Part shown: positions 13,755-24,963 of the stretch, piece after piece
How positions within the stretch are numbered: the first letter of the stretch is position 1
Layout: each line of letters starts with the position of its first letter
NCBI GenBank assembly: GCA_963743845.1
Contig: CAVURI010000002.1
Coordinates: forward strand, 55,781-119,780
Direction of reading: 5' to 3'
Length of the DNA: 64,000 nt
DNA from: an uncultured Solirubrobacterales bacterium
GTDB lineage: Bacteria > Actinomycetota > Thermoleophilia > Solirubrobacterales > 70-9
Translations under genes and position numbers: made by a program
Notes under the pieces: model-generated
What the model saw: the letters and a program-made list of their open reading frames with translations, nothing else
What the model was told of the DNA's origin: nothing
Database searches by the model: none

Positions 13755-14400
13755 GTGACCTCCGGCCCGGCCTCCAGATCTCCGACCCGGCTCCGGCCGA
13801 GCTCCGCAGGGTGGCGACGGTCCTCGCCGCCGCCTTCGTCGACGACCCGGTCTGGACCGCGATCGGGCCGCGCGGCCGCGGGCCCACCGCGCCTTCGCCA
13901 ACCGCGCCGCCTTCTGGGGGATCGTCCAGGGCTCGTCCCGCCACGGCGCCCGGATCCGCGTCGCCCGCGACGGCGACGACGGCGCCGATCGCCGGCGCCA
14001 CGATCGCCTTCGCCGACGGCGGCTGGCCGCTGCCCGAGAGCGCCTCGCTGTGGGAGGTGCCGTGGTTCTTCGCCGCCGGGCCCGTTCACGGTCGCCCGCG
14101 GCCTCCGCGACGACCGCGCGATGCGGTCGGTCCACATCGAGCACCCGCATACGTACCTGTGGTTCGTCGGCGTCGACCCGGCCGCGCAGGGCCGCGGCGT
14201 CGGCCGGGCGCTGATGGCCGACCTGCACGACTGGTCCGACCCCTCCGGCCTCCCCGTCTACCTGGAGACCGGCACCCGCGAGAACGCCGCCTTCTACGCC
14301 TCCCACGGATACGCGCGAGCTGGGCGAGATGCACCTGCCGAGCGGCGCCGTCATGTGGCGCATGGAGCGGCCGGGGACCGACACGGCCCTGGCCGGCTGA
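13755..14400 (+). CDS. GNAT-family N-acetyltransferase, about 4 frame breaks, start uncertain
   Basis: Pieces: LQISDPAPAELRRVATVLAAAFVDDPVWTAIGP, IAGATIAFADGGWPLPES, and HTYLWFVGVDPAAQGRGVGRALMADLHDWSD...PVYLETGTRENAAFYASHGY (acetyl-CoA motif A). It ends ..VMWRMERPGTDTALAG* at 14400. Confidence 0.55.
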
Positions 14401-14468
14401 GCCACAGCCGCCGCGCGGCCACCGGCGGCGCGGACGGTCGCTGAGCCGATCCGGCCGGGAGGCGGGCG

Positions 14469-15449
14469 CTAACCCTGCAGGTGCCGGCGGACCTCGGCCG
14501 CGACCTGCTCGGGCCGCCCGTGGACCGCGATCCAGTCGAACCGCAGGACCGTGTAGCCGAGCGCCTCGAGCACTTCCTGGCGCGGAGGTCCGCCGCGATC
14601 TGGGCCGGGGTGTGGTGCGCGTCCTCGCCGTCGAGCTCGACGATCAGCATCGCCTCGCGCCAGAGCATGTCTGGCCGGTACCGGCCGATCCGCTCGTTCG
14701 GCTCGGGCAGCGGCAACCCGAGGCGCTCGCAGAGCAGCACGAAGTCCCGCTCGAGCCGCGTGACGCAGCGAGCGAGCTGGGGCAGGTGGGCGTCCATCGC
14801 GATGCGCAAGGCGCGGCTTCCGACGCGACCCGAGCCGAGGGACGCCTGCAGCGAGGAGAGCGAGAGCCGGTTGTGGAACTCGGCACGGGCCAGGACCAGG
14901 CGCAGCGTGTCATGGCGGAGCGCGGCGGCCGCGGGCAGCAGCGCCTGGGGAAGCGGGACGACGGGAAGGCGGCGATGGAGTGTTCGGGGGACGGCGGCGG
15001 GGTGGCGAATCTCGAGGTCCTGCCGGGAGGCCGCCACGCCCGGGCGCATCGATCGTGGATGCAGGTCCGGTCGCCGTCCCGAGCAGCCCCAGCCACCACA
15101 GCGCGCTGATGCTGCCGAGCGCGGCGCCCGTTCCCGCATAGAGGAGGCCGGCCGCGAGCTGTCCCTCCGTGCTCAGATCCGGACGCCCCCACGCGTAGAC
15201 GCCGGGGTAGCGTCGGTGTAGCCGTCCGCGGCGGAGCCAGCCCCGAATCAGCGTCGGCGAGCAGCCGAGCTCGAGAAGCTGGCGGCGAGCGATGGAGCCG
15301 AACTGCCGCTCCGCACGCTCGCGCGGCGCGCCGCGACGGCCTCCGGCCCAGCAGTGCGTTCGGTCTGGCTTTGGGTGTCTGGGCGACCACCAATTCGGGA
15401 GCGGAACGGCCATGCGGGGAGCGTCGAGCGCTCCCCGCGCGCGGATCAA
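14469..15449 (-). CDS. DUF559/AbiEi-like N-domain protein (Vsr-like endonuclease fold family), at least 2 frame breaks
   Basis: N-terminal piece: FGSIARRQLLELGCSPTLIRGWLRRGRLHRRYPGVYAWG. C-terminal piece: TRLERDFVLLCERLGLPLPEPNERIGRYRPDMLWREAMLIVELDGEDAH...VLRFDWIAVHGRPEQVAAEVRRHLQG*. Paralog of 24964..25847. Confidence 0.65.
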
Positions 15450-15545
15450 GCTCCAGGCGTGACGAATGCGTGACGGTACGCAAACGCCCTGCTGGCTGCC
15501 TGGCGTCGCCGGCCGGACGGCCGCGGGCCGGTCAGCTGGGCCCGC

Positions 15546-16226
15546 CTAGGCGGTCTGGGTCGCGGCGACGCGGGCGCCGTGGCGCTCGCGGGCGGCGTCG
15601 ATGATCGCGTCGAGCTCGTCGCGGCGGCCGTCGCGGAGCAGCTCGATCGGGTCGGGATCGCCGTTGACGATCTCCTCGAAGAAGGCCTTGCGGTCCTGGT
15701 AGGTCGGCAGCGTGCCCTTGGCCCAGCCGCGGTCGTCGTTGAGGATCTGGGCGAGGTCGGCGTAGGCGTCGCCGAACATCTCCGAGATCTCCCGCTTCAT
15801 CCGCTTCGCGAGGGCGGGGGAGGCGCCGGCGGTCGAGATCGCGATCGCGAGCGGGCCGGTCCGCACGATCGCCGGGAGGATGAAGTTGCAGAGCGAGGGC
15901 ACGTCGACGACGTTGACCAGCATCGCCCGCTCCTCGGCCGCGTCGTAGACGGCGATGTTGACGTCGGTGTCGTTGGTCGCGGCGATCGCCATGAAGCTGT
16001 CGGCGAGATCCTCGGGCCGCCACTCGCGGCGCTCGAAGGTGATCGAGCCCTCGGCGGCGAGTCGCTCGATCTCGGGGTTCGTAGCTTCCGGCGCAACCAC
16101 GGTTACCTGACCGTCGCAGGCGAGCAGGCCCTCGACCTTCTCGAGGCCGATGTCGCCGGCGCCGACGACGAGGCACTTACGGCCCGTGAGGCGGAGGCAG
16201 GCGATGTAGAAGGGGGTCGCGAGCAT
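15546..16226 (-). CDS. precorrin-2 dehydrogenase / sirohydrochlorin ferrochelatase (SirC/Met8/CysG-N type), intact
   Basis: ORF 15546..16307. The internal ATG at 16226 gives [35 protein letters not shown] (Rossmann fold). Also [26 protein letters not shown] and [18 protein letters not shown]. Confidence 0.75.
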   Translation of the reverse strand: MLATPFYIACLRLTGRKCLVVGAGDIGLEKVEGLLACDGQVTVVAPEATNPEIERLAAEGSITFERREWRPEDLADSFMAIAATNDTDVNIAVYDAAEERAMLVNVVDVPSLCNFILPAIVRTGPLAIAISTAGASPALAKRMKREISEMFGDAYADLAQILNDDRGWAKGTLPTYQDRKAFFEEIVNGDPDPIELLRDGRRDELDAIIDAARERHGARVAATQTA

Positions 16227-16443
16227 GCCCCGCACGCAGGACTGATCGCAGATTCCCTTGCGGAACTGGCAGACGCATTCCTTGCCCTCGTATTGCTGTG
16301 CCGGCATCGCTCGGGAAGGTTAGAGGAGCGTGCGATTCGGCTTCCGGCGCCGCCGCTCTCCCCGCCGGGACCGCTTGCAGCCGCTGCTACAGTCGCCGAC
16401 CGCTGCCGTCTTCAGGGGGCGACCACACCTATCGGAGCTGCCC

Positions 16444-18782
16444 ATGCGCCTGATCATCACCGAGAAGAACAACTCCGCCAAGAAGATCTCCGAGATCCTC
16501 AGCGGCGGAGACGCGAAGGCCGACGCCTCCTACAAGACCCCGTATTACACGTGGACGGAGGCCGACGGCAGCGAGCACACGACGGTCGGCCTCAAGGGCC
16601 ACGTCCTCAATCCCGCCTTCCCCGAGGGCTACTCGAACTGGCAGGAGACCGACCCGAAGACGCCTGATCGACGCCAAGCTCGTCAAGGAGGCGACGGACA
16701 AGAACGTCGTCAAGGCGGTCCGCAAGCTCGCCAAGGAAGCCGACTCGATCGTGATCGCGACCGACTTCGACCGCGAGGGCGAGCTGATCGGCCTCGAGGC
16801 CCTCGGCGAGGCCCTCGACGTCAACCCCGAGCTCGTCGACGGCAGCCTCGACGGTGACTCCGGCGCCCGCCCGACCGTGCTTCGCGCCCGCTACTCGGCC
16901 CTGACCAAGGACGAGATCGAGCGCGCCTTCAACGAGCTCGACGACGCTCTCCTACCCGCTCGCCGACGCCGCCCAGGTCCGGCAGGAGATCGACCTGATC
17001 TGGGGCGCGACGCTGACCCGCGCCGTCTCGCTGGCGACCCGCCGCTTCGGCTCCAACTTCCTCAGCGTCGGCCGCGTCCAGAGCCCGACCCTCGGCCTGA
17101 TCGTCGAGCGCGAGCTCGAGCGCCGCGCCCACGTCGCCGTCCCCTTCTGGGAGGTCTTCGCCAAGTTCAGCCATCCCGACGGCACCTTCGAGGCGCATCA
17201 CAAGACCGACAAGTTCTGGGAGAAGCCCGAGGCCGAGGCGGCGCTCGCCGCGACCGACTCGCCGGGCGAGGTCGTCGAGCTGAGCAAGCGCAAGAACACG
17301 CGCAAGCCGCCGACTCCCTACAACACGACCGCCTTCACGACCGACGCCTCGAGCCGGCTCGGGATCACCCCGTCGCAGGCGATGCGCCTCGCCGAGGACC
17401 TGTACATGGACGGGTTCATCTCCTACCCGCGTACCGACAACACGGTCTACCCGGTCTCGCTCGACCTCAAGGAGCTGGTCGGCTCGCTCGTCCGGATCCC
17501 CGAGTTCAGCGCCGCCAAGGACCTGCTCGACGGCGAGCTGACCCCGACCCGCGGCAAGAAGGAGACGACCGACCACCCGCCGATCTACCCGACGCAGGCC
17601 GTCTACCCGAACGCGCTCGAGGGCCCCAAGCGCCGCGTCTACGAGCTCGTCGTGCGCCGCTTCCTCGCCACCTTCGGCAAGCCGATGATCACCGAGTCGG
17701 CCCGCGCCGACATCCGCGCCGGCACCGAGATGTACTTCGTCCGCGGCTCGATCGTCGTCGACCCCGGCTACGCCGCGATCTACACCTACGCCCGCTCCGC
17801 CGACAACGAGCTCCCGGCTCTGGAAGAGGGCCAGAAGCTCGACCTCGACGGCGCCCCGTGGATGGTCGACAAGGAGACCCAGCCGCCCTCGCGGATCAGC
17901 CAGGGCAAGCTGATCGAGATGATGGAGGAGCTCGGCCTCGGGACCAAGGCGACGCGCCCGGACATCATCCAGAAGCTCTACTCGCGCGGCTACGTCTACA
18001 ACAACCCGCCCGAGCCCTCGGAGACCGGGATCGCGATGTACAAGGCGTTCCACGACCACGTCGTGCGGATGGCGACGCCGGAGATGACGGCCGAGCTCGA
18101 GCACGACATGGACCTGATCGCCGACGGCAAGACCTCCAAGGACCAGGTCATCCAGATCAGCCGCGACATGCTCCATCAGACCTACGACGATCTGTTCGAG
18201 CGGCGCGAGGAGCTGGCGAAGACGATCTGGGCCGGGATGGACGAGGACAAGTACATCGGCCACTGCGAGGTCTGCGAGGAGAAGGGCCGGACCGTGCACG
18301 AGGACGGCTCCCCGAACCGCCTGCGGATCATCGACCTCAAGGGCGGCAAGCGCTTCTGGGGTTGCGAGGGCTACAACCGCGACAACCCCGAGGACCCCGA
18401 CTCGTGCGGCAACTCGGGCCCGCTGCCCGGCCGCGGCTACGAGCTCTGGCGGCTCGAGCCGAAGTGCTCGGTCTGCGGCGTGCGCCCGCGGCTCTCGGTC
18501 AAGGGATTCCGCGGCCGGCCCTGGAAGCTCTGCCTCAACGACGACTGCCCGACGATGGTCGAGATGCGCGAGAAGCGCGCCGAGCGCCAGAAGGCCAAGG
18601 AAGAGGCCGAGAAGCGCAAGGCCGAAGCCGGCGACGGCGACGGTGCCGGCAAGGGCGCCAAGACCAAGGCGAAGCCGAAGGCGAAGAAGGCCCCGGCCCG
18701 CAAGAAGGCACCGACGACGACCACGCGGACGAAGCGAGCGACGCGCTCGAAGACGACCGCGGCCTCCCGCCGCGGCTCCTAG
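16444..18782 (+). CDS. topA: type IA DNA topoisomerase I with Zn-ribbons and Lys-rich tail, two frame breaks
   Basis: MRLIITEKNNSAKKISEIL (TOPRIM start), IATDFDREGELIG, GRVQSPTLGLIVERE, and GFISYPRTDNTVYP (active-site Tyr context). Cys-rich ribbons are CEVCEE..CGN and CSVCG..CLNDDC. The tail reads KAKPKAKKAPARKK. Breaks lie near 16665 and 16950. The topA-tmk-holB neighbourhood matches the actinobacterial pattern. Confidence 0.85.
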
Positions 18783-18914
18783 CGCTGAGCGCCGGCCGGC
18801 AACTCTGACGCGATCCACGGACCCATAGGGTCGGCAGAACGCCGCAGAGTCCGGTCGGCCGATCGCGCCGTGAGCACGGGGAGAGCCGCCCCGGGACCCG
18901 CTAGCGTCGCGGCC

Positions 18915-19555
18915 GTGTTCATCTCCTTCGAAGGGATCGACGGCGCCGGCAAGAGCACCCAGGCGCGGATGCTCGCCGACGCGATCGCCGCGGCCTCAGG
19001 CCCGGACTCGGTCCTGCTGCTGCGCGAGCCGGGCGGCACCCCGGCCGGCGAGCGGATCCGCGAGCTGATCAAGGACCCGGCGCTGGAGCTGTCGCCGCGG
19101 GCGGAGCTGCTGCTCTTCCTCGCCGCCCGGGCGGAGCTGGTCGAGACCGTGATCAAGCCGGCGCTGGCGGCCGGCCGGACCGTGATCTGCGACCGCTTCA
19201 TGGACTCGACCGTCGCCTACCAGGGCGCCGCCCGCGGGCTCGGGGTCGAGCTCGTCGCCGGCCTCAACGCGATCGCCGTCGACGGCTGCGTGCCGGACCG
19301 GACCGTGCTGTTGCGGCTCGGGTCGCGCACCGCCGGCGAGCGCGGCGAGGGGCGGGGCGGCTGGGGGGCGGACCGCTTCGAGCGCGAGGGCGACGGCTTT
19401 CAGGACGCGATCGCCGGCTGCCTTCGACGAGCTCGCGGCGGCCGAGCCCGAGCGCTTCCTCGTGATCGACGGCGGAGCGCGATCCGGCGACCGTGCACGC
19501 CGGCGTGCTCGACGGGCTCGGGCTCGACCGGCCGGCGCCGGCTGACGCCGGCTGA
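18915..19555 (+). CDS. tmk: thymidylate kinase, 2-3 frame breaks in the C-terminal third
   Basis: VFISFEGIDGAGKSTQ (P-loop), LLREPGGTPAGERIR and DRFMDSTVAYQGAARG. The ORF opens at 18870, and GTG 18915 is the likely start. The rebuilt end is ..ERFLVIDGGA..VHAGVLDGLGLDRPAPADAG*, with the stop at 19553-19555. Confidence 0.75.
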
Positions 19556-19570
19556 CTCGGCCGCGGGCGC

Positions 19571-20807
19571 TCAGGGGCGCGGGGCGACGATCAGCGTGCG
19601 GTTCGAGAAGACGCCGCCGTCGGTGCGCGCAGCCGCAGTCGCCCCAGGCGTAGCGGAGCTCGTAGGTGTGCGGCCCCGGGGGCCGCTGGAGCAGGACCGG
19701 CGCCGGCGCCGCGCCGATCGTTCCGCAGCCGAGGCCGATCAGGCCGCCGCCGGGGGCGTCGACATCGTGATCGCGATCGCCGGTGATCGAGCCGAAGGCG
19801 CTGAGCAGGGCGTTGTCGATGTCGGCGAGCCGCAGATCCCGTCCTGGCCCTCGATCGTCGACGCGCACCCCGTCCTCGTAGAGGCCGACGAGTCCGTCGG
19901 GCGGCTCGACGTCGTCTGCCGAACGTGACGCTCGCCCAGACCTCGATCAGGCCGCTCGGCGGCACGGTCACGGTCACCTCCGGCCCGCCGAGGGCTGACG
20001 TAGTCGAGCACCTCGGTCGTCGAGACCTCGCCGGCCTCGGTGTCGCTGACGCGTCTCGGTGGCGTCGAGCCGGTCGTTGGCCTGCGTCGCATCGGTCTGG
20101 GCCGCCTGTGCGGCGGCGAGCGCCGTCGCCGCCTGGGAGGCGGCGGAGGCCGCCGTCGCGGCGGCGGAGGCGGCGGCGGACGAGGCCGCCGCGGCGTCGA
20201 GTGCGGCGTCGTCGGCCTTGGCCGAAGCCGTATCGGCCTTGGCGAGCGGTCCGCCTTCGTCGAAGCGTTGTCGGCCTTGGTCGATGCCGTGTCCGCCTTG
20301 GCGTCGGCGGCCTGGGCGGCGGCGAGCGCGTCGGCGGCGTCCTGGGCCGCGTCGGCCGCGTCGGCGGCGGCGTCCTGGGCTTCGGTGCGCGCGGTCTGGG
20401 CGACGGCGAGCGCGTCGGCGGCGTCGGCCGCCGCCTGGGCCGCGTCGGCGGCGGCGTCCTCGGCGGCCTTCAGGGCCGCGGCTGCGTCGGCGCTGGCGAC
20501 GGCGACGGCCTGGCGCGTCTGCCGGTTCCTGTTCAGCGCGATCCGCGCCTTGTTGAGGGCCTGGCGAGCTTTGTTGAGCGCCTGGCGCGCCTTCTGCATC
20601 GCCCGCTGGGCCTTGAGCAGCGCCGGGTCGGAGACGGCGGTCTCGGCGGCCGGGTCGGCACTCGACGGCGCCGCCTTCGAGGCGGTCTCGGCCTGAGCGG
20701 TCCCGGGGTCCGCGGCGGCGGCCGGGCCCGCGCCGATCCCGAGCAGCGAGCGCCCCGATTGCGACGAGAAGGACGACCTTCCCCCAGATCCTCTGTCCCA
20801 CCATCAT
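19571..20807 (-). CDS. membrane-anchored/secreted Ala/Asp-rich coiled-coil protein with beta-rich C-domain, at least 4 frame breaks
   Basis: ATGATG at 20807 follows GAGGGGAG. The N-terminus is MMVGQRIWGKVVLLVAIGAL. A low-complexity run (KARQALNKARQALNKARIALN, then AADAADA-type sequence) spans about 20050-20600. C-terminal pieces are TVTVPPSGLIEVWASVTF and HTYELRYAWGD. Stop at 19573-19571. Confidence 0.45.
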
Positions 20808-20913
20808 CTTTCGTCTCCCCTCGGTCCCAGCTGTCCGCGGGATCGTATCGGCCCGTCCAAGCGGGTTCCGGCCCGCCCGCCCGCCGCCTCGCCGGATCGG
20901 TGAAACTGGACCC

Positions 20914-22053
20914 GTGCCCGCGACCCTGAGCGAGACGATCGAAGCCTCCACCGAGCACCAGCCCGCGGCCCGCGCCGCGCTCGCGGCGGCGCTCGGCTCC
21001 GGGCCCTCGCACGCATACGCGCTGATCGGTCCCGCCGGCAGCGGCAAGCGCGACGTCGCTCGCGCCTTCGCCGCCGAGCTGCTCAGCCTCGATGCCTCCG
21101 ATCCGTCGGAGGCGCGGCGGCGGGCGCTGCTCGATCCCTCCCCGCACCCGGATCTCACCTGGCTGCGCCCGCCCGGGAACCAGCACCTCGTCGAGGAGGT
21201 GCGCGAGCGGGTCATCGCCCAGGTCCACTACCGGCCCTTCGAGGGCGAGCACCGCGTGTTCGTGATCGAGGCCGCGGACGCGATGGCCGAGGAGAGCCAG
21301 AACGCGCTGCTCAAGACGCTCGAGGAGCCGCCGCCCTACGCCCACCTGCTGCTCGTCTCCTCCGAGCCGGAGGCCCTGCTCGAGACGGTCCGCAGCCGCT
21401 GTCAGGAGATCTCCTTCGACTCGCTGCCGCGAGCGGTCGTCGAGAAGCGCCTCGCCGGCGTCGTCGACCTGCCGCCCGAGGGCATCGCCGCTCTCGCCGG
21501 CCTCGCCGACGGCGACATCGACCGGGCCCGCTTCCTCGGCAGCGACCGCGGCCGGCGCCTGCGCGAGATCGTCGAGGAGTGCTGTCAGGCGGCCCGCGCC
21601 GGCGACGTCACCGGCCGCCCGTGGACGGGCCTGCTCAAGCTCGCGGCCGAGATCGGCAAGGACGAGGGCGAGTCGGTGACCGCCGCCTCCGCCGCCCGCG
21701 CCGAGCAGATCGGCAAGGGCCGCGACGCCGACCGGATCAAGCGCGAGGGCGGCGACGCCGCCAAGCGCGCGGAGCGGCGGGCGCGGACGATGTCGATCGA
21801 CGCGGCCCTGGCGCTGACCGCGGCCTGGTTCGTCGACCTGATCGCGGTCGCCGAGGGCGCCCGGGGGCTGGTCCGCAACGTCGACCGGACCCAGGCGCTG
21901 GCCGACGGCGCCGCCGACCTCGACCCGGCCCTGGCGCGCCGCGCCGCCGAGCTCGCGATGGAGACGCGCCGGCACCTGACCGTGAACGTCCAGGAGGAGC
22001 TGGCGCTCGAGGCGCTCTTCCACCGGATCGCCGCGATGTTCTCGGCGGCCTAG
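20914..22053 (+). CDS. holB: DNA polymerase III subunit delta-prime, intact
   Basis: ORF 20914..22053. Motifs: HAYALIGPAGSGKRDVA, HRVFVIEAADAM, NALLKTLEEPPPYAHLLLVS and VRSRCQEISF. Confidence 0.8.
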   Translation: MPATLSETIEASTEHQPAARAALAAALGSGPSHAYALIGPAGSGKRDVARAFAAELLSLDASDPSEARRRALLDPSPHPDLTWLRPPGNQHLVEEVRERVIAQVHYRPFEGEHRVFVIEAADAMAEESQNALLKTLEEPPPYAHLLLVSSEPEALLETVRSRCQEISFDSLPRAVVEKRLAGVVDLPPEGIAALAGLADGDIDRARFLGSDRGRRLREIVEECCQAARAGDVTGRPWTGLLKLAAEIGKDEGESVTAASAARAEQIGKGRDADRIKREGGDAAKRAERRARTMSIDAALALTAAWFVDLIAVAEGARGLVRNVDRTQALADGAADLDPALARRAAELAMETRRHLTVNVQEELALEALFHRIAAMFSAA

Positions 22054-22147
22054 CGACGGCGCCGGCCGGCCCGGCGGCGGAGGGCCAGAGGCGGTTCAGG
22101 TCGCCGCCGGTGCTTGGATTCGGGCCACCGGTTGCTCTACAACTCAT

Positions 22148-23938
22148 GTGGCGATGCCGACCCTGAGGCCACCCGAGCTGCCTTCGACCGCCGAGCGCCC
22201 GGCGATCCAGCCGACCGGCAGCCGCCGGCCCTTCGGCGTGCGCCTGTGGCTGGCGCTGATGTTCGCGGCGATCGGGATCCTGACCGGCACCTCCGTCTAC
22301 CTGTTCGTCTCCCAGTCCTCCGAGCAGGCGGCCGAGGAGACGGCGAGCCAGCTCGCCCAGGGACGGGCGCTGCAGCTCTCCGGCGAGCTCGGCGCCAAGA
22401 AGGGCAAGTTCGCCGACACGATCATCGCCCAGTACCGCAGCGCCGCCTTCGCCCCCTGGGTCTTCAACCGCTACGACGAGCTGATCACCGACCGCGACGT
22501 CGAGATCGCCGACCAGACCCTCGCGCAGGTCCCGAACCAGCGCCTCGCCCGCAAGAAGGCGGCCAACGGCCGGCGCTTCGTGAGCGAGTTCGAGGCCGGC
22601 CTGACGGTCGTCGCGCTGCCGATCTACCGCGACGACAAGGTCGGCCCCGACGGCGTCGTGCTGGTCCAGGCCGATCGCCCGGCCGAGGTCTCCGACGCGC
22701 TCGCGGCACTGCGCGGCGAGCGGCTCACGGCGCTGGCGCTGGCCGTCGTCGTCGCCGCGATCATCGGCTTCCTCGTCGCCAGCCTGATCACGAGCCGCGT
22801 CAAGCGCCTGGCGGCGGCCGCGGGCCGGATCGCCGAGGGCGATCTGAGCGAGCCGATGTACCCGCGCGGCCGCGACGAGATCGGCGACCTCGGCCGCGCG
22901 CTCGACGCGATGCGGATCGCGCTCGCCGAGACCTTCGAGGCCCTCTCCTCCGAGCGCGACCGGCTCTCCGCCGTGTTCGTCTCGCTCGAGGACGCCGTGA
23001 TCGTCGTCGGCTCCGACGGCGACGTCCGCTTCGCCAACCCGGCCGCCGCCGAGCTGATCACGCCCGGCGGCCAGCCGGCCGAGCCGCTGCGCCCGTGGGT
23101 CCGGCGCGCCAGCCATCGCGGCACGGTCGAGACCGATCACGTCGCGATCGAGGACCGGGTCGTCGCGATCAGCGCCCGCCACCTGCCGGCCGAGAGCGCC
23201 GTGCTGATCGTCGTCCGCGACCGGACCGAGGAGCTGCGCCGCGACCAGGCCGAGCGCGAGTTCGTCTCCAACGCCGCCCACGAGCTGCGCAACCCGATCG
23301 CCGGCATGTCCGGCGCGATCGAGGTGCTGCGCTCCGGCGCCAAGGACGACCCCGAGGCCCGCGACCACTTCCTCGACCGCCTCGCAACCGACGTCGACCG
23401 CGTCGCCCGGCTGACGAAGTCGCTGCTGACGCTGGCGCGGATGGAGGCGATCGGGGAGGGGGAGGCCGACGTCGTCAGCGTCGGCATGGTCCTCGACGAG
23501 TCGATCAACACGGCCGAGGCGCCGGAGGGCGTCGAGCTGGTCCGCGAGACCGGCGCCGAGCAGGACCTCGTCGCCTCCGCCGACCCGGTGCTGCTGCGCC
23601 AGGTGGTGATCGGCTTGCTAACGAACGCTTACAAACACACCTCGCCGCCGGGCACCGTTACGCTTCGCGCCTATAGGAGCGGAGAAGGCGACATCGTCAT
23701 CGAAGTGGAGGACACCGGGGCAGGTATCCCAGCGGCTGAGCGCGATCGCGTCTTCGAGCGGTTCTATCGTGGAAGCGGATCCTTGGAGCGAGACGGTTTC
23801 GGCCTAGGATTGGCGATCGCTAAGAGAATGATCGACGTGATGGGTGGAGAGATAACAGTGGATTCCGTGGAAGGCCAAGGAAGCACCTTCAAGATCCGCC
23901 TGCGCGAAGCGGCCCCGACCCCGACCCCGATCGCGTGA
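22148..23938 (+). CDS. membrane sensor histidine kinase (2 TM, HAMP, PAS, HisKA, HATPase), intact
   Basis: ORF 22148..23938. HAMP (RLAAAAGRIAEGDLSEPM), H-box FVSNAAHELRNPIAG, N-box LLTNAYKHT, and the G-boxes DTGAGI and GFGLGLAIAK. Confidence 0.85.
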   Translation: MAMPTLRPPELPSTAERPAIQPTGSRRPFGVRLWLALMFAAIGILTGTSVYLFVSQSSEQAAEETASQLAQGRALQLSGELGAKKGKFADTIIAQYRSAAFAPWVFNRYDELITDRDVEIADQTLAQVPNQRLARKKAANGRRFVSEFEAGLTVVALPIYRDDKVGPDGVVLVQADRPAEVSDALAALRGERLTALALAVVVAAIIGFLVASLITSRVKRLAAAAGRIAEGDLSEPMYPRGRDEIGDLGRALDAMRIALAETFEALSSERDRLSAVFVSLEDAVIVVGSDGDVRFANPAAAELITPGGQPAEPLRPWVRRASHRGTVETDHVAIEDRVVAISARHLPAESAVLIVVRDRTEELRRDQAEREFVSNAAHELRNPIAGMSGAIEVLRSGAKDDPEARDHFLDRLATDVDRVARLTKSLLTLARMEAIGEGEADVVSVGMVLDESINTAEAPEGVELVRETGAEQDLVASADPVLLRQVVIGLLTNAYKHTSPPGTVTLRAYRSGEGDIVIEVEDTGAGIPAAERDRVFERFYRGSGSLERDGFGLGLAIAKRMIDVMGGEITVDSVEGQGSTFKIRLREAAPTPTPIA

Positions 23939-23948
23939 GGAGCCTCGG

Positions 23949-24659
23949 TTGAGCCGCGGCAGAATCCTCGTCGCCGACGACGAGCCGTCGGTCCGCGAGT
24001 CGGTCGGTTACGCGCTCAAGCAGGAAGGCTTCGACGTCACGATCGCCGAGGACGGCGACGACGCGGACTCGAAGATCGGCCCCGACGTCGACTTCGACCT
24101 GCTCGTCCTCGACATCATGATGCCGGGCAAGAGCGGCCTCGACCTCTGCCGCGACATCCGCGGCCGCAGCCCCGTCCCGATCATCCTGCTGACCGCCAAG
24201 GACGCCGAGGTCGACAAGGTCGTCGGCCTCGAGGTCGGCGCCGACGACTACGTGACCAAGCCCTTCAGCGTCCGTGAGCTGCTCGGCCGCGTCCGCGCCC
24301 AGCTGCGCCGCCGCGAGCTCGACCGCGTCAGCGGCGGCGGCGACGAGAACGGCAAGGGCATCGACGCCGGCGAGGTCACGATCGACCTCGCCCGCCACCT
24401 CGTCACCGTCAGGGGCGAGCCCGTCAACCTGACCCGCTCCGAGTTCCAGGTCCTGCGCCTGCTCGCCGAGCGCCCCGGACAGGTCTTCAGCCGGCTCGAG
24501 ATCATGGAGGAGCTCTGGCAGTCGGAGTTCTCCGGCGACGTCCGCGCCTGCGACGTCCACATCTCCAACCTGCGCCAGAAGATCGAGCGCGACCCCCAGG
24601 ACCCCGAGCTCGTGCTCACGGTCCGCGGCGTCGGCTACAAGCTGATCGAGCCGGAGTAG
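23949..24659 (+). CDS. OmpR-family response regulator, intact
   Basis: ORF 23949..24659 with a TTG start. Motifs: ILVADDEPSV, LLVLDIMMPGKSG, LTAKD, the winged helix LTRSEFQVLRLLAERPGQVFSR, and VRGVGYKL. Confidence 0.9.
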   Translation: MSRGRILVADDEPSVRESVGYALKQEGFDVTIAEDGDDADSKIGPDVDFDLLVLDIMMPGKSGLDLCRDIRGRSPVPIILLTAKDAEVDKVVGLEVGADDYVTKPFSVRELLGRVRAQLRRRELDRVSGGGDENGKGIDAGEVTIDLARHLVTVRGEPVNLTRSEFQVLRLLAERPGQVFSRLEIMEELWQSEFSGDVRACDVHISNLRQKIERDPQDPELVLTVRGVGYKLIEPE

Positions 24660-24963
24660 TTCGAGGCTCTGCGCGTCGGCCCGGCCGTTGACGGCGGGCG
24701 GTGGTGTGCGGCCGCGGGGGAGTAGCGCTGCCGTGGTTGGTGGCGCAGGCGGTGCCGTGGAGCAGTGAGGGAAGCGGTGCGGGGCGGCCCGAGGAGCCGG
24801 TGACGTCACCCTCGCTGCTACCGCCACGCTTTCGTGTGCGTGGGGCGCGAGGTTCTTGACGGCGGGTCTCACATCCGTGCGGGTCAGGGCGTCAGAGTCG
24901 ATGCGCGTGGAGACGAGGTGCACGACATCCCTTGACATGCAAGGGAAATCGTGTGGTTCGTCC

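Noticed and set aside
11173-14001. 942-aa minus-strand ORF
   Set aside because: It is antisense to the PAS-GAF kinase, HlyIII and GNAT genes. It has an Arg/Gly/Asp-dominated composition and no recognisable domain.
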